Shown here: positions 41,985-51,955 of the stretch, piece by piece
How the letters are laid out: each line of letters begins with the position of its first letter
Numbering within the stretch: position 1 is the first letter of the stretch
Source of the DNA: Nitrosopumilus sp.
GTDB taxonomy: Archaea > Thermoproteota > Nitrososphaeria > Nitrososphaerales > Nitrosopumilaceae
NCBI GenBank assembly: GCA_965205675.1
Contig: OZ242186.1
Span: 256,001 to 320,000 of the forward strand
DNA length: 64,000 bases
Direction: 5' to 3'
Notes under the pieces: model-generated
The model's database searches: none
What the model saw: only the letters and a program-made list of their open reading frames with translations
Told to the model about the DNA's origin: nothing
Position numbers and translations under genes: made by a program

Positions 41985-42139
41985 TTGAAAATATTGGATG
42001 CATCAACAATAATTGCAGTGTTTAATGAGATTGATTGTCCTGAATTAATTGACAAAATAATACAGCTAGGACATGACTTAGTACTACCATCTCATATACT
42101 GTATAGTGAATTATTGGATAAATCAACATTAAAAATAAC
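41985..42139 (+). pseudogene. N-terminal fragment of PIN-domain (VapC/DUF3368-like) protein, truncated by an IS
   Basis: TTG start 3 nt after the antitoxin stop; KILDASTIIAVFNEID...LVLPSHILYSEL ends at the IS TIR. Confidence 0.7.
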
Positions 42140-42353
42140 TGAGACTTGGGCATAATTAATTCTAATTTTCGAGTTAATTCTCAAATTATTCAAATAGAAA
42201 AAGCTAAGGATCTTATCATGTTTTGTTCATTGGAATGTCAAAACAAATGAAAATTCCTAGCAAGATTCTATCAGAATCATTTCTTATTGGTGTGTTATAT
42301 TTGGTGGGAATGTTGTCTCTGTATGAAGACGTACTCAGAGCCGGCAGACCATA

Positions 42354-43440
42354 TACCTCGGAGCATAATTCTTTGCAATTTTTCAAAACAAATAGCAATA
42401 CTTTTTGATCAGTAGTTAGAAATAATTTCATGGACATCACAAATGACGAGTTACTCCAGGCCTACAAAAAAGAAAAGTACGGTAAGAAAAAGGAAAGATT
42501 ACATGCAATATGTAAGATTAAAATCAATAAATCTACAATTGCTGAAACTGCCAACCAAATGTTTTGTACCTACAATTCTGTAAGGAATTGGCTTGATTCA
42601 TTTGAAAAATATGGATTGGAGGATCTCCCTCGTTCTGGCCGTCCGCCATTAATCTCACACAAAAAATTACAAAAAATAGAGCGTACATTTAAGAAAATTT
42701 CAGATGGAATGACTCCAAAGAAACTGATACAATTCATATTTTACAGAACACACATCACATATCATATCACTCATGTGCGTCGTTTGATGCACAAATGGAA
42801 TCTAAAACCAAAGGTTCCACAAAAGGTACATGTGCGAGCAGCATCCAAGGATGCATGCCGCAAGTGGAAAAACCGCATCATTTCACGCATAGAAAAGGCA
42901 AAAAAGAAAGGTTTTACAGTATTTATCCAAGACGAGTCTGTATTTGTAGACGATGTACGTCTTGGCAAAAAATACTGGACAGATGCACACCAAAGAATGA
43001 TTGTACGTTGGAGAGGATCACATCAAAGATTTTTGGTTTATGGAATGGTGACAGATGGCAATCAAAGTTTTTTTAGATCGTATGAAAAATTTAACTCCAT
43101 TGCATTTATGGATTATTTGGAGGCAGCTCGTAGAAAATTTGGAAAAATATTTGTTATCGTCGATAGAGCACCGCAACACAAAGCTAATGATGTAAAAAAA
43201 TATCTGCGTAAAAACAAAGATGTCAAACTGGCATATCTTCCGAGAGGTTCCCCGCATTTGAGTATGATTGAAGAGATTTGGAGGCAGTGCAAACATGTTA
43301 ATGTTGAATCAGAATTTTATGAATCTATTCATGAAATGAGGCATACAGTTATGGAATATTTTAGAACGCACAAATTTAATTTGAATATGTATCAGTATTT
43401 TGCAAGAACAGTAAATTGAAAAGACTTATGATCTGGGGTA
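42354..43440 (+). mobile_element. IS630-family element, intact 329-aa transposase (42430-43419)
   Basis: TA duplication, imperfect TIRs, QDES / VDRAPQH / PHLSMIEEIW catalytic motifs. Confidence 0.93.
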
Positions 43441-43474
43441 TACGTGTATCCAACATCCAGATGGTGTAATTACT

Positions 43475-44549
43475 AGACCTCTTGCGTAATTACAAACAAA
43501 ATCTTATCTTTCATTGAATTTAATTTCAAATAATTTCTAATCTTATGGAATCACAACAAACTCTTGCTTCCATCTTGTCTTGAAATTCACAATTCCACAT
43601 ACGATGTCACTTATTGCATCATACCTGCACAATCTATTCCTAAATGTCTCAGAATTAATCCTAAACTTTTTGATTTGAGAGATAATATGTTCTACTTTTA
43701 TTCGGATTCTTGACTGCATCTTGTTCCATTCCTTTTGATGTATGGTCAGTTTTTTTCCTTTCTTTTTCTTGTATGGTAGAATGCTTGTCTGTTCTGGGAA
43801 ATCTTTTTCCACTCCCAAATACCCAAGGTCATAAAATATCATCACATCTTCGGGCAGTTCTGGATGTCTGATTTTCAGTATGGCATAATCATGTTACCTG
43901 GAGAATGTGGGGGTTTGTGGATTATCTCACCTTTCTGGTTTATGGTGATTTGGTTTTTTATTGTGTGTTTTTTCTTTTTGCCTGAATAGTGAGTCTTTCT
44001 TTTCTTTTTGTTCTGGGGTCTTGGGATTGGTTGTTCAGTACCATCAGTCATTGCAATTAATTCAGGAAAGAACAGTTGGAGTTGCTGTACATCATTTATC
44101 TTTTTAGAATCAGAGTATAGTTTTGCAGGAATAGGAACTGTTTTTCTTACTGCAGGCTCTAAATCTGATGTTTCTGTAGACGTTGCTCTGGTCTAATCCA
44201 AACAGATATCCTGTCAATTCACATGTCAGGTACATCCGATAGTAAACAAACAACATTACAAGCTGGTCTTCAAGACTCAAATCAAACTTTCGCCCAGCTC
44301 CGATACTTCTTTTTCTCTTTGCTTTGGATAGTCTCTTCTTTTCTTCTATACGGTGATTCTTTCTGACATCCTTTAGAATCACATCAAACTGTTGCCTAGT
44401 CACTCCAGTAAAAGAGAGAAGGGATTTTGGCTTTTTTGAGAGTTGCTTGTATGTTAACATGAAATGTGTTAAGTTGTTCTTAGCTTTGGATCTTGCTGTG
44501 AAGGAATTTGTGTAATATGGTAAAATATGTCTAATTACGCAAGAGGTCT
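43475..44549 (-). mobile_element. IS5-family ISL2-group element, frameshifted transposase (43543-44460)
   Basis: Perfect TIR agacctcttgcgtaatta, 2-3-bp TSD, LSLEDQL...FGLDQSNVYR, DLGYLG, RIKVEH. Confidence 0.88.
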
Positions 44550-44716
44550 ACTTATCATAAAATCTTGGATGAGAATACCAAGCAACAATACATTTCATTA
44601 TTTTCTTTCAATTAAAGGCATCAATGATAAATTGTTCAAGGTTTGTAAATTAACTCGGAATTCCAGACAGAAGAACTATTGACAGACGATTTCAATTTCT
44701 ACCCATTAGTGACATG

Positions 44717-45814
44717 TACTCTCTAACAAAATTTTATGATCTGTTGATCTGATTTATTTTACCAAATGCCATATTGATCAAAACATTACACATCAAACCA
44801 TGAATAATCAAAAATTAATTCAAGCATACAAAGATGAAAAGAACGTCAAGGTAAAAGAAAGGCTATTTTTGATAAAGCGAGTATTACTTGAGAACCAAAT
44901 TGCATCACATGTTGCAAAGAATCTTGGACGTGTACGTTCATGGGCATACAAATGGTTAGATAGATTTGCAGAATATGGAATTGCAGGACTGCAAGACTTG
45001 CCTAGAACTGGCAGACCAACTAGTATACCAAAAAAGAAACTAGTCAGCATTCAACTACAAATTGCAGAAAAACAATCCGGCTGGAGTGCAAAGCAAGTGA
45101 TGAATCTGATTTATCAAAAATCAGGTGTAAAATATCATGAGGTTCATGTGTACAGATTATTACACAAATGGGGATTTGTTCCAAAGGTTGCAGCAAAGAG
45201 ATTTGTAAATTCAGCTAGTGTTGAGGAAAAACTCTGGTTTAAAAAAACTCCAAAGAACAAATAGCCTCAAAAATAGCAAAAGGCTTTACAGTTCTTGCAC
45301 AAGATGAGTCCATCTTTACTGCTGATGCGATATTTAGAAAAAAGATGTGGGTAAAGAAAGGAACCCGTCCAATTATTCTAGTAAACGGGTCACATCAAAA
45401 AACAATCATTTTTGGTGCACTGACTCATGACGGCAGGCAATTATTCAGACAATATGAAAAATTTGATCAGTACTGTTTTTTGGATTATCTAAAGGAATTG
45501 CACAGAAAGTTTGGCAAGATTCTAGTCTATGTAGACCGAGCACCACAACACAGATCAAAACTAGTACAAAAATATCTTGATGAGAATGCAGATGATGTTC
45601 TATTGAATTGGTTTCCAAAAGGCTCACCACAGTTCAATGCAGTTGAGGAAGTATGGAAGCAAGGAAAATACAATTTGTTGGTGTCACAGTATCAACCATC
45701 TCTAAGTAATCTGAAAAATAACATCTCCAAATATTACAGAACCAGACGATTCAATTTAGACATTCTCAAGTATATGCAACGAGAGGATGGTTGACGAACT
45801 TATGTTAGGAAGTA
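44717..45814 (+). mobile_element. Second IS630-family element, orfA (44800-45264) and orfB (to 45794) joined by a -1 shift at an A7 tract
   Basis: Ends tactctctaaca / tgttaggaagta flanked by TG; tttaaaaaaac slippery site; QDES, VDRAPQH, PQFNAVEEVW. Confidence 0.9.
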
Positions 45815-46695
45815 TGATTAGTACCATGGGCAACAAATTCATCTCAGAGGGGTTGTGGAAGACAATTCAGCATCAGGGGATAGCTCAATGCTAAAAGCAG
45901 ATGGGTCCAGTATGGCACAAATCAGACATGAAGAATAATTGTTTACCAATATCAGGAATTGACACTGATTGTTCAATGGGGATTCTCCAAATCAAAGGGT
46001 CAGATATTTGGATACAAACTGCACATGAGTTGTAGTACTGGCAAACTGGTTGTTCCTTTATCTGCTGATGTCTCAACTGCAAATGTTTCTGATGGTAAAA
46101 TGTATTATACAATAGTTGAATCGCTTTCAGGACTGGTTGAGAATATCTTATGTGATCCAGCATATGATGATAAATCATTATATCAGTTTAGTGATGAGAG
46201 ACATTTGAGATTGATTTGTCCTATCAAAATATATCCATCAACACCACCAGAGCGAATCAAACTTGCAGATTTTTATAATTCTGTACAAGGTCAAGAGTTA
46301 TACTTACAAAGAAAAGTTTCAATTGAACCTTTATTTGAAATATTCAAAGATACGTTCAACATTAGAACTGTACATGTGAAAGGATTTGACAACGTGAAAT
46401 CATTTGTATTGGTTTGTGTGTTGGTGTATCAACTTGCAGTATATTACAATTGCATAACAAAAACAGAGAATCCAAGAATTGTGAAGAGAATGCTGTGTTG
46501 CTAGAGCGATATTGGAAATTATTTTTGTAATTGATTATGCCCAAGTTTCATATATCTATCACTAGGTGTATAGACGGGAAATGAATAATTATTGAAAAAC
46601 ATGGCTTTAGAAGATAGAATTTCAAATTCTGAATCCATGTCAAATTTTGTTGTATTATGAAATCTCATTTGTTTATTTTTTCAAGCCCAATATGA

Positions 46696-47244
46696 TTAAC
46701 TCATAAAATTTATAAATTTAGTATGAAGTTCAGGCATTTCCTGATGTAGCCATTGATATAGTCTGCCAAATTCTGTTGCTTCTTGAATTACATATTGTTC
46801 AATTTTATCAAATTGTTTTTCTTGATACCATGTAGGAATTGGACTGCCACTATGTTTTTTGCCAGTCATTTTATCTAAACCTGAATTACGAAATTCACCT
46901 TTATTCATTAGAACCAATATACCTTTAAGATCCAGACAAGGTCTAGACAAGACACTGATTGGAAATTTATTATATTTTGAAGATTTTTCTAAAAGAAATT
47001 TATGCTCAAAACCTAAATTGACACCAACTGGAATGAAATCAAAAATATTTGAGTTAACTATAGGAGAATCCACAATAAATTTTTGAAGCATTTCTGATTC
47101 ACCTAACTCCCACTCTTTCAATAGATGTAGTTCTCCTATCGGTTTTCCTGTACCTCGTTCTAATTCCTGATATTGAATTGTAATTATTTTATTAGTTACT
47201 TCATCAATTCCAGTTGTTTCAATGTCAAGATAATAAGATGCCGT
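46696..47244 (-). CDS. DnaQ/RNase H-like (YprB-type) 3'-5' exonuclease-domain protein; start codon is ACG, so possibly a pseudogene
   Basis: Frame extends upstream of the tracked ORF to ACG-ASYYLDIETTG; GVNLGFE, YVIQEA motifs. Confidence 0.72.
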   Translation of the reverse strand, partial: TASYYLDIETTGIDEVTNKIITIQYQELERGTGKPIGELHLLKEWELGESEMLQKFIVDSPIVNSNIFDFIPVGVNLGFEHKFLLEKSSKYNKFPISVLSRPCLDLKGILVLMNKGEFRNSGLDKMTGKKHSGSPIPTWYQEKQFDKIEQYVIQEATEFGRLYQWLHQEMPELHTKFINFMS

Positions 47245-47330
47245 GCTAAATTATGATCTTAGAATTATTTTAATTTTTCAATTTAATTCCAATATCTTCA
47301 TAAGGTAAGTGAAGAATCTCATAACCTGAA

Positions 47331-49036
47331 CAGTACTTGGGAAAGTAACTCAATTTAGATCACAAACTAACCATTATTTCATCAGTTATACTCAATAACA
47401 AAAATTCGTCACCCTATTTTGAACTCGATTTACGTACATTGTAGATTCAAGTTTAAATTTCAGGAATTAGCATAATTTGGAAGATTTTAGGTCATGAATA
47501 TTTGTTAGACAGTATATGGTTATAGTTATTTTTGAGATCATAATTGTTGGTTTCTTTAGTGGAATAAAACCCCAATACTATTTGGAAGGTAACTGTCTAG
47601 AGTTTTGAAGTAAAATCTCCAAGATATTCTAAAGAATAATCATGAAAGTTTAATCCTCGTAATCTGCATGTCTCCTTTATACTCATCAGTATCTTATGAG
47701 AATCAGCACCATGAATGGTTCTATGACCGTTTGTAATTTTACGAATTATCACATTTGGTCTGATTGCCCTCTCTGCTGTGTTATTGTGTGAATCAGTTCC
47801 AGTAATTAGGAATGTAAAAAGCATTTTTCTCTCACGTTTCAATCTTTTTACAAACCTGATACAGTTTTTCTCTGTGTATTTTTTTGATATGATGTGATTA
47901 ATTCTCCTTTCAAGATTCTTTTTTGCATGGATTCTTTCTGATTCTGATTTTATTTTTGCCACACCATGAGAGTCATAAATTATTTTCTTGAGATTCTTGG
48001 CAAATGGTGCAAATTCTGGTCCGGGATTCTTGTGATTAATGGTATCATTAACCTCTCTGAGATAATGGATGTGACATTTCTGGTGAGTGCTTCCAACATG
48101 GTTCCATGCAGGGTACGAATCACTTGTAATGTTGCCATCATATCCCTTGAGAATTCTCTTGGGAACATCCATTGAACGTGATTTGTCAATCTCGTAAATT
48201 ACAGTCCATTTACTCACAAATGCCCACAACCAGTGGTTCTGGCCATCTACCCTCCAACTTGTCTCATCACCATGTATGTTTAGATCTTCTTTTAACTCCA
48301 CAATCATTGTATCATATCTGCTCCCAAATGCTTTTGATACTATTGATACTGCATGATTAATTGCAGATTCTGTAATGTGCAGTGAGAAGAGCATCTGCAA
48401 AAGATGAGATATTTTACCATACGATAATCCGATAGTTTTCAGTGATATGATTAGCACCATGAGCCTAATTCCAAACCTTTCATTTGACAGTACAGTGTGA
48501 ATGTTACCCGAGATTTGTTTTTTGCAGTTTGTGCAGTATCGTCTAACTATCGTATATTTTGTCACAACTGCTTTTGCAGGAATGATGTCTTCTACTATTC
48601 TGGTGTATGAATCAGTTGGTTCTGAGAGTGATTTGCCACATGTGTTGCACTCTTTTTGGTCAACTGTAATGGCATCATCAATGTGTGTTTGTCTGCTTCT
48701 GCTTTTTCTAGGATGTCTTGATGTTTTCTTCTTTTTTGCAGTTTCAGTCTTGTTTGGTTTTGCTTTGATATTTCTTGCAACAAGTGTAGACACTGTTTGT
48801 TTTAGTTCTGCAATTTCTCTGTGTAGTGATTCAATATCTTTGCGTAACTGACGGTTTTCTTGCTCCAGCGAGTGACATCTGTTACGATAATATTCCAGCT
48901 CATCATATACTGACAATTGTATATTGTAATTTGTCACTGATCAGAAAAGATATAGATAAAAAATATTAAAGAAAGTACTTCAAAACTCTAGACAGTTACT
49001 TTGGAAGATGTCCGATAGTTACTTTCCCAAGTACTG
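47331..49036. mobile_element. ISH3-like MITE (~287 bp) interrupted by IS66 copy 2
   Basis: Perfect 20-bp TIR cagtacttgggaaagtaact; same end at 405-429; CAGTAC termini resemble the ISH3 family. Confidence 0.75.
47589..48999 (-). mobile_element. IS66-family element, copy 2; transposase 47597-48937
   Basis: Same TIRs and 1411-bp length as copy 1; 8-bp TSD tttggaag. Confidence 0.95.
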
Positions 49037-49144
49037 TTCATAGGATTAAAGAAAAGATTTGCCAGTATCAGAGATTAGAACTCCCATCACTCAAACAGAA
49101 CCAAAATCTTACAGAATTTCATAATAATCTTACAGAAATTGAAA

Positions 49145-49218
49145 AGCTTCGAACGGGATCTGAACCCGTGACCTTTACATTACCAATGTAACGCTCTACC
49201 AGACTGAGCTACCGAAGC
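49145..49218 (-). tRNA. tRNA-Thr(GGT)
   Basis: GCTTCGGTAGCTCAGTCTGGTAGAGCGTTACATTGGTAATGTAAAGGTCACGGGTTCAGATCCCGTTCGAAGCT cloverleaf. Confidence 0.95.
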
Positions 49219-49309
49219 ACAAATTCACCCTGTAGAAAATCCTTATAATTCTTCATTCTAGGCGAATTTACTCTAAACTGTTAAATTTCACTCAGATTTT
49301 TATTCTTTT

Positions 49310-49431
49310 GGAGGAGTAATCAAGCCTGGCCAAAGTAAGTACATTGTGCTTTTGGACATGCAGGACTTAAGATCAAATAATGGGTGATCCTGTCTCTCAG
49401 GAGTTCGTGGGTTCAAATCCCACCTCCTCCA
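49310..49431 (+). tRNA. tRNA-Leu(TAA) with two introns (D-arm ~49336-49356; canonical ~49371-49386)
   Basis: Removing both segments restores D-stem ATC/GAT, anticodon arm CAGGA-CTTAAGA-TCCTG and an 85-nt tRNA. Confidence 0.85.
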
Positions 49432-49432
49432 C

Positions 49433-49819
49433 TTATCTTGGATTTTTGATTCCTCTAGCGTTTAGAACTTCATAAACATCTGGTAATGAGAATACAAAAC
49501 CAACATGGACACAATCTTTCTCATCACAGAGCTGACAAAACAATTCGCCTTTTTGAATTGCAACTTCTGCAATTCTATCTTTGATATTGTCTTTTAGAAC
49601 AACACGATCATCATCTACTGAAATCTTTTCAATCTTTGGAGCGTATCTTGCAAAGGTTTTGTCCTTTTGCATCATCTCCTCTAACATGTAAGTTACATAA
49701 CCTGCAAAACTATTGACACCCTTCATTGTTAGGTCATCTTTACTCTTTTGATAAACCTCGTGGAATTTATCATAAACAATTTCTGAAACAGTGATTGATT
49801 TGAATCCAGCTTTTGGCAA
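49433..49819 (-). CDS. Conserved hypothetical protein (RHH-like N-terminus, C-terminal zinc finger)
   Basis: GFKSITVSE; FCQLCDEKDCVH. Confidence 0.75.
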   Translation of the reverse strand: MPKAGFKSITVSEIVYDKFHEVYQKSKDDLTMKGVNSFAGYVTYMLEEMMQKDKTFARYAPKIEKISVDDDRVVLKDNIKDRIAEVAIQKGELFCQLCDEKDCVHVGFVFSLPDVYEVLNARGIKNPR

Positions 49820-49935
49820 TTTACTTTCCCTTACCGTACTATACAGTACGGGAGTATATAATGTTTTATTTTAAAACAGCGTCTGCTGACTCGATGAAAA
49901 TTAGTCTTTATAGAATACCATAGTCCAAAAGCACT

Positions 49936-50829
49936 ATGGGAAAAGGCTATTCCACTGAAGAGATTAGGGAGAAACTAATTTCAATTTTAGCTGATGATGT
50001 CTCTGGAATGTCTGGTGTTGAAATTTCTGAAAAAATTGAAATCAATAGAGTCACCATGTCAAAGTATCTCAAAGTTTTTGCAGCAGAAGGATTGCTAAGA
50101 CAAAAAAATATAGGAAATGTTACTTTGTGGTTTTTAGAACCTGGACAAGAATCATTTAATTTCCCTGATGATTATTTCAAAATCGCATCACAATATCTTG
50201 AATATCTAGTTAAAGGTACTGAAGACCAAGTCTATTCTTTAATTCGTAACTGTTTGCATTCTGGAGGTATTGCTAATCGATTGGTACTAGAAGCAATTTT
50301 TCCATCCATTAAACATGTACAGAAATTGTATGATGATGGTAAAATTGGAACATCTGAACTAAATTTACTGATGAATACCATTTCACAATCTCTCCAAATT
50401 TTTAATCAAATTCAAGTTGTCTCTGATCCAAAAAAGAATATAGTAGTAATTGCATCTGATGCCCAAAGCCGATTATCTTCTGAAGCAGCTTCTGCTGTTT
50501 ATCATTCTGATGGTTGGAGGGTTTCTCATTTAGGTGATATGTCATCTGCAATCAATGTACTCTTTGATCTTGATTTTCAAAAATTAATTGGCAAGATATG
50601 GAAACAAAAACCTGGCATTTTGGTTGTAGTGATATTCGCTCAAACTGATGAAGGTTTAAACTTTTTTGCAGACTCTATAAACCCAATAAAAGAGAAATCT
50701 GGCAAACAAATGAAATTGGCTCTTTGTGGCAAGGTATCTAAAAAATCCAAAATTGTTTCTGATCTGATCTCTGAGAAAATTGAAGATATTTTACAATGGT
50801 CTCAAACGATATCTCAAAATTTGAAATAG
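49936..50829 (+). CDS. Winged-HTH regulator with B12-binding-like cap domain
   Basis: SGVEISEKIEINRVTMSKYL HTH; AIFPSIKHVQKLYDDGKIG. Confidence 0.72.
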   Translation: MGKGYSTEEIREKLISILADDVSGMSGVEISEKIEINRVTMSKYLKVFAAEGLLRQKNIGNVTLWFLEPGQESFNFPDDYFKIASQYLEYLVKGTEDQVYSLIRNCLHSGGIANRLVLEAIFPSIKHVQKLYDDGKIGTSELNLLMNTISQSLQIFNQIQVVSDPKKNIVVIASDAQSRLSSEAASAVYHSDGWRVSHLGDMSSAINVLFDLDFQKLIGKIWKQKPGILVVVIFAQTDEGLNFFADSINPIKEKSGKQMKLALCGKVSKKSKIVSDLISEKIEDILQWSQTISQNLK

Positions 50830-50833
50830 GAAA

Positions 50834-50908
50834 TGGGCCCGATGAGATTCGAACTCATGACCTTTCGATTATCAGTCGAACGCTCCAGCCAAGCTGAGCT
50901 ACGAGCCC
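50834..50908 (-). tRNA. tRNA-Ile(GAT)
   Basis: GGGCTCGTAGCTCAG...CTGATAA...GTTCGAATC...GGGCCCA. Confidence 0.95.
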
Positions 50909-50941
50909 ACGAACAAATCTCTAGGCTAGACTCATTTAAGT

Positions 50942-51496
50942 TTAATTTTCTTTCCACTTGATTGAGCATCCAATTGATGGGTCAAAATCTTTTTCAATTT
51001 TTTCTCCGGCTATTAATCTCTCCATATTGAGGATCATTGTTTTTTCTGTTGTCTTATCATCTGGTTTCATAGCGTTGTCTATCTTCCCATGATAAACTAG
51101 TTGTTTTTGCGCATTAAACAAGAATGGATCTGGAGTACACATTGCTCCGTATTTCTTTGCAATCTCTTGTGTCTCATCTACTAGATAATCAAAACCAAAT
51201 CCTTTCTCTTTGGCAATTTGTTTCATTGTATCAAAATTATCTTCTGGATAATTAGTAGAATCATTACTGTTAATTCCAATTATTGCAATGTCTTTACCGC
51301 ATTTCTCGTATAATTCATTGAATGCATCCACTTTTGCTTTAACATATGGACAATGGTTACACATGAAAATTACTAAAATCCCCTTGTAACTATTATAATC
51401 ATTTAATGAATGCATTTTGTCATCGACTCCCAGTAATTTGAAATCTGGTGCAATATCTCCTGTTTTTAGTTTGATTTGTGATTCTAAAAGTACCAT
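50942..51496 (-). CDS. Thioredoxin-family (AhpC/TSA-like) protein
   Basis: CNHCPYV, YGAMCTPD, SIGCSIKW. Confidence 0.9.
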   Translation of the reverse strand: MVLLESQIKLKTGDIAPDFKLLGVDDKMHSLNDYNSYKGILVIFMCNHCPYVKAKVDAFNELYEKCGKDIAIIGINSNDSTNYPEDNFDTMKQIAKEKGFGFDYLVDETQEIAKKYGAMCTPDPFLFNAQKQLVYHGKIDNAMKPDDKTTEKTMILNMERLIAGEKIEKDFDPSIGCSIKWKEN

Positions 51497-51576
51497 ATTG
51501 AAAAGATTGTCTTTTCAAATAAAATTCTTGTCAAGAAGACAACAATTAAAATCCACATTTTATCCATCTTCCGTGT

Positions 51577-51650
51577 GGGCCGGTAGTATAGCCTGGTAGT
51601 ATACCCGCCTTGCACGCGGGGGGTCACGGATTCAAATTCCGTCCGGTCCA
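51577..51650 (+). tRNA. tRNA-Ala(TGC)
   Basis: GGGCCGG acceptor, CCCGC-CTTGCAC-GCGGG anticodon arm. Confidence 0.93.
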
Positions 51651-51726
51651 CTTTTAACCTCCTCGATCAGTGCTGAAATTCATACTTCCGGATGGATTTA
51701 AATAGGATAAGTTTCGGTTTTCTCTT

Positions 51727-51828
51727 ATGGCAAGTGTAGTCGATGGATGGCCTGTATGGATTCCACTCATTGTTGGTTTAGCTCCGGGTTTAATTTACTG
51801 GTTAGCAATTACCGCAAAGAGAAAATAA
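51727..51828 (+). CDS. 33-aa single-TM micro-protein
   Basis: MASVVDGWPVWIPLIVGLAPGLIYWLAITAKRK; TATA tttaaata about 30 nt upstream, T-rich terminator. Confidence 0.7.
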   Translation: MASVVDGWPVWIPLIVGLAPGLIYWLAITAKRK

Positions 51829-51955
51829 AATTTACATCTATTTTAATTTCTTTTTATTATTTCATCTAGTGTAAACTGGGTTTAACGTTGTTACCTTTCT
51901 TGTTGACTATTTGATATGTGACACGAAATTAATCCCTATTATCTAAAGGAAAATT

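Larger units (their letters stand above)
42140..46550 (+). mobile_element. Decayed IS4/IS5-superfamily (DDE_Tnp_1) element hosting three other ISs
   Basis: TIRs tgagacttgggcataat / attatgcccaagtttca; transposase pieces at 42247-42353, 43443-43474, 44550-44716 and 45817-46504 (GYKLH, CDPAYD, RKVSIEPLF). Confidence 0.85.

Noticed and set aside
40092-48999. Composite transposon formed by the two IS66 copies
   Set aside because: Each copy has its own distinct 8-bp TSD, indicating independent insertions.
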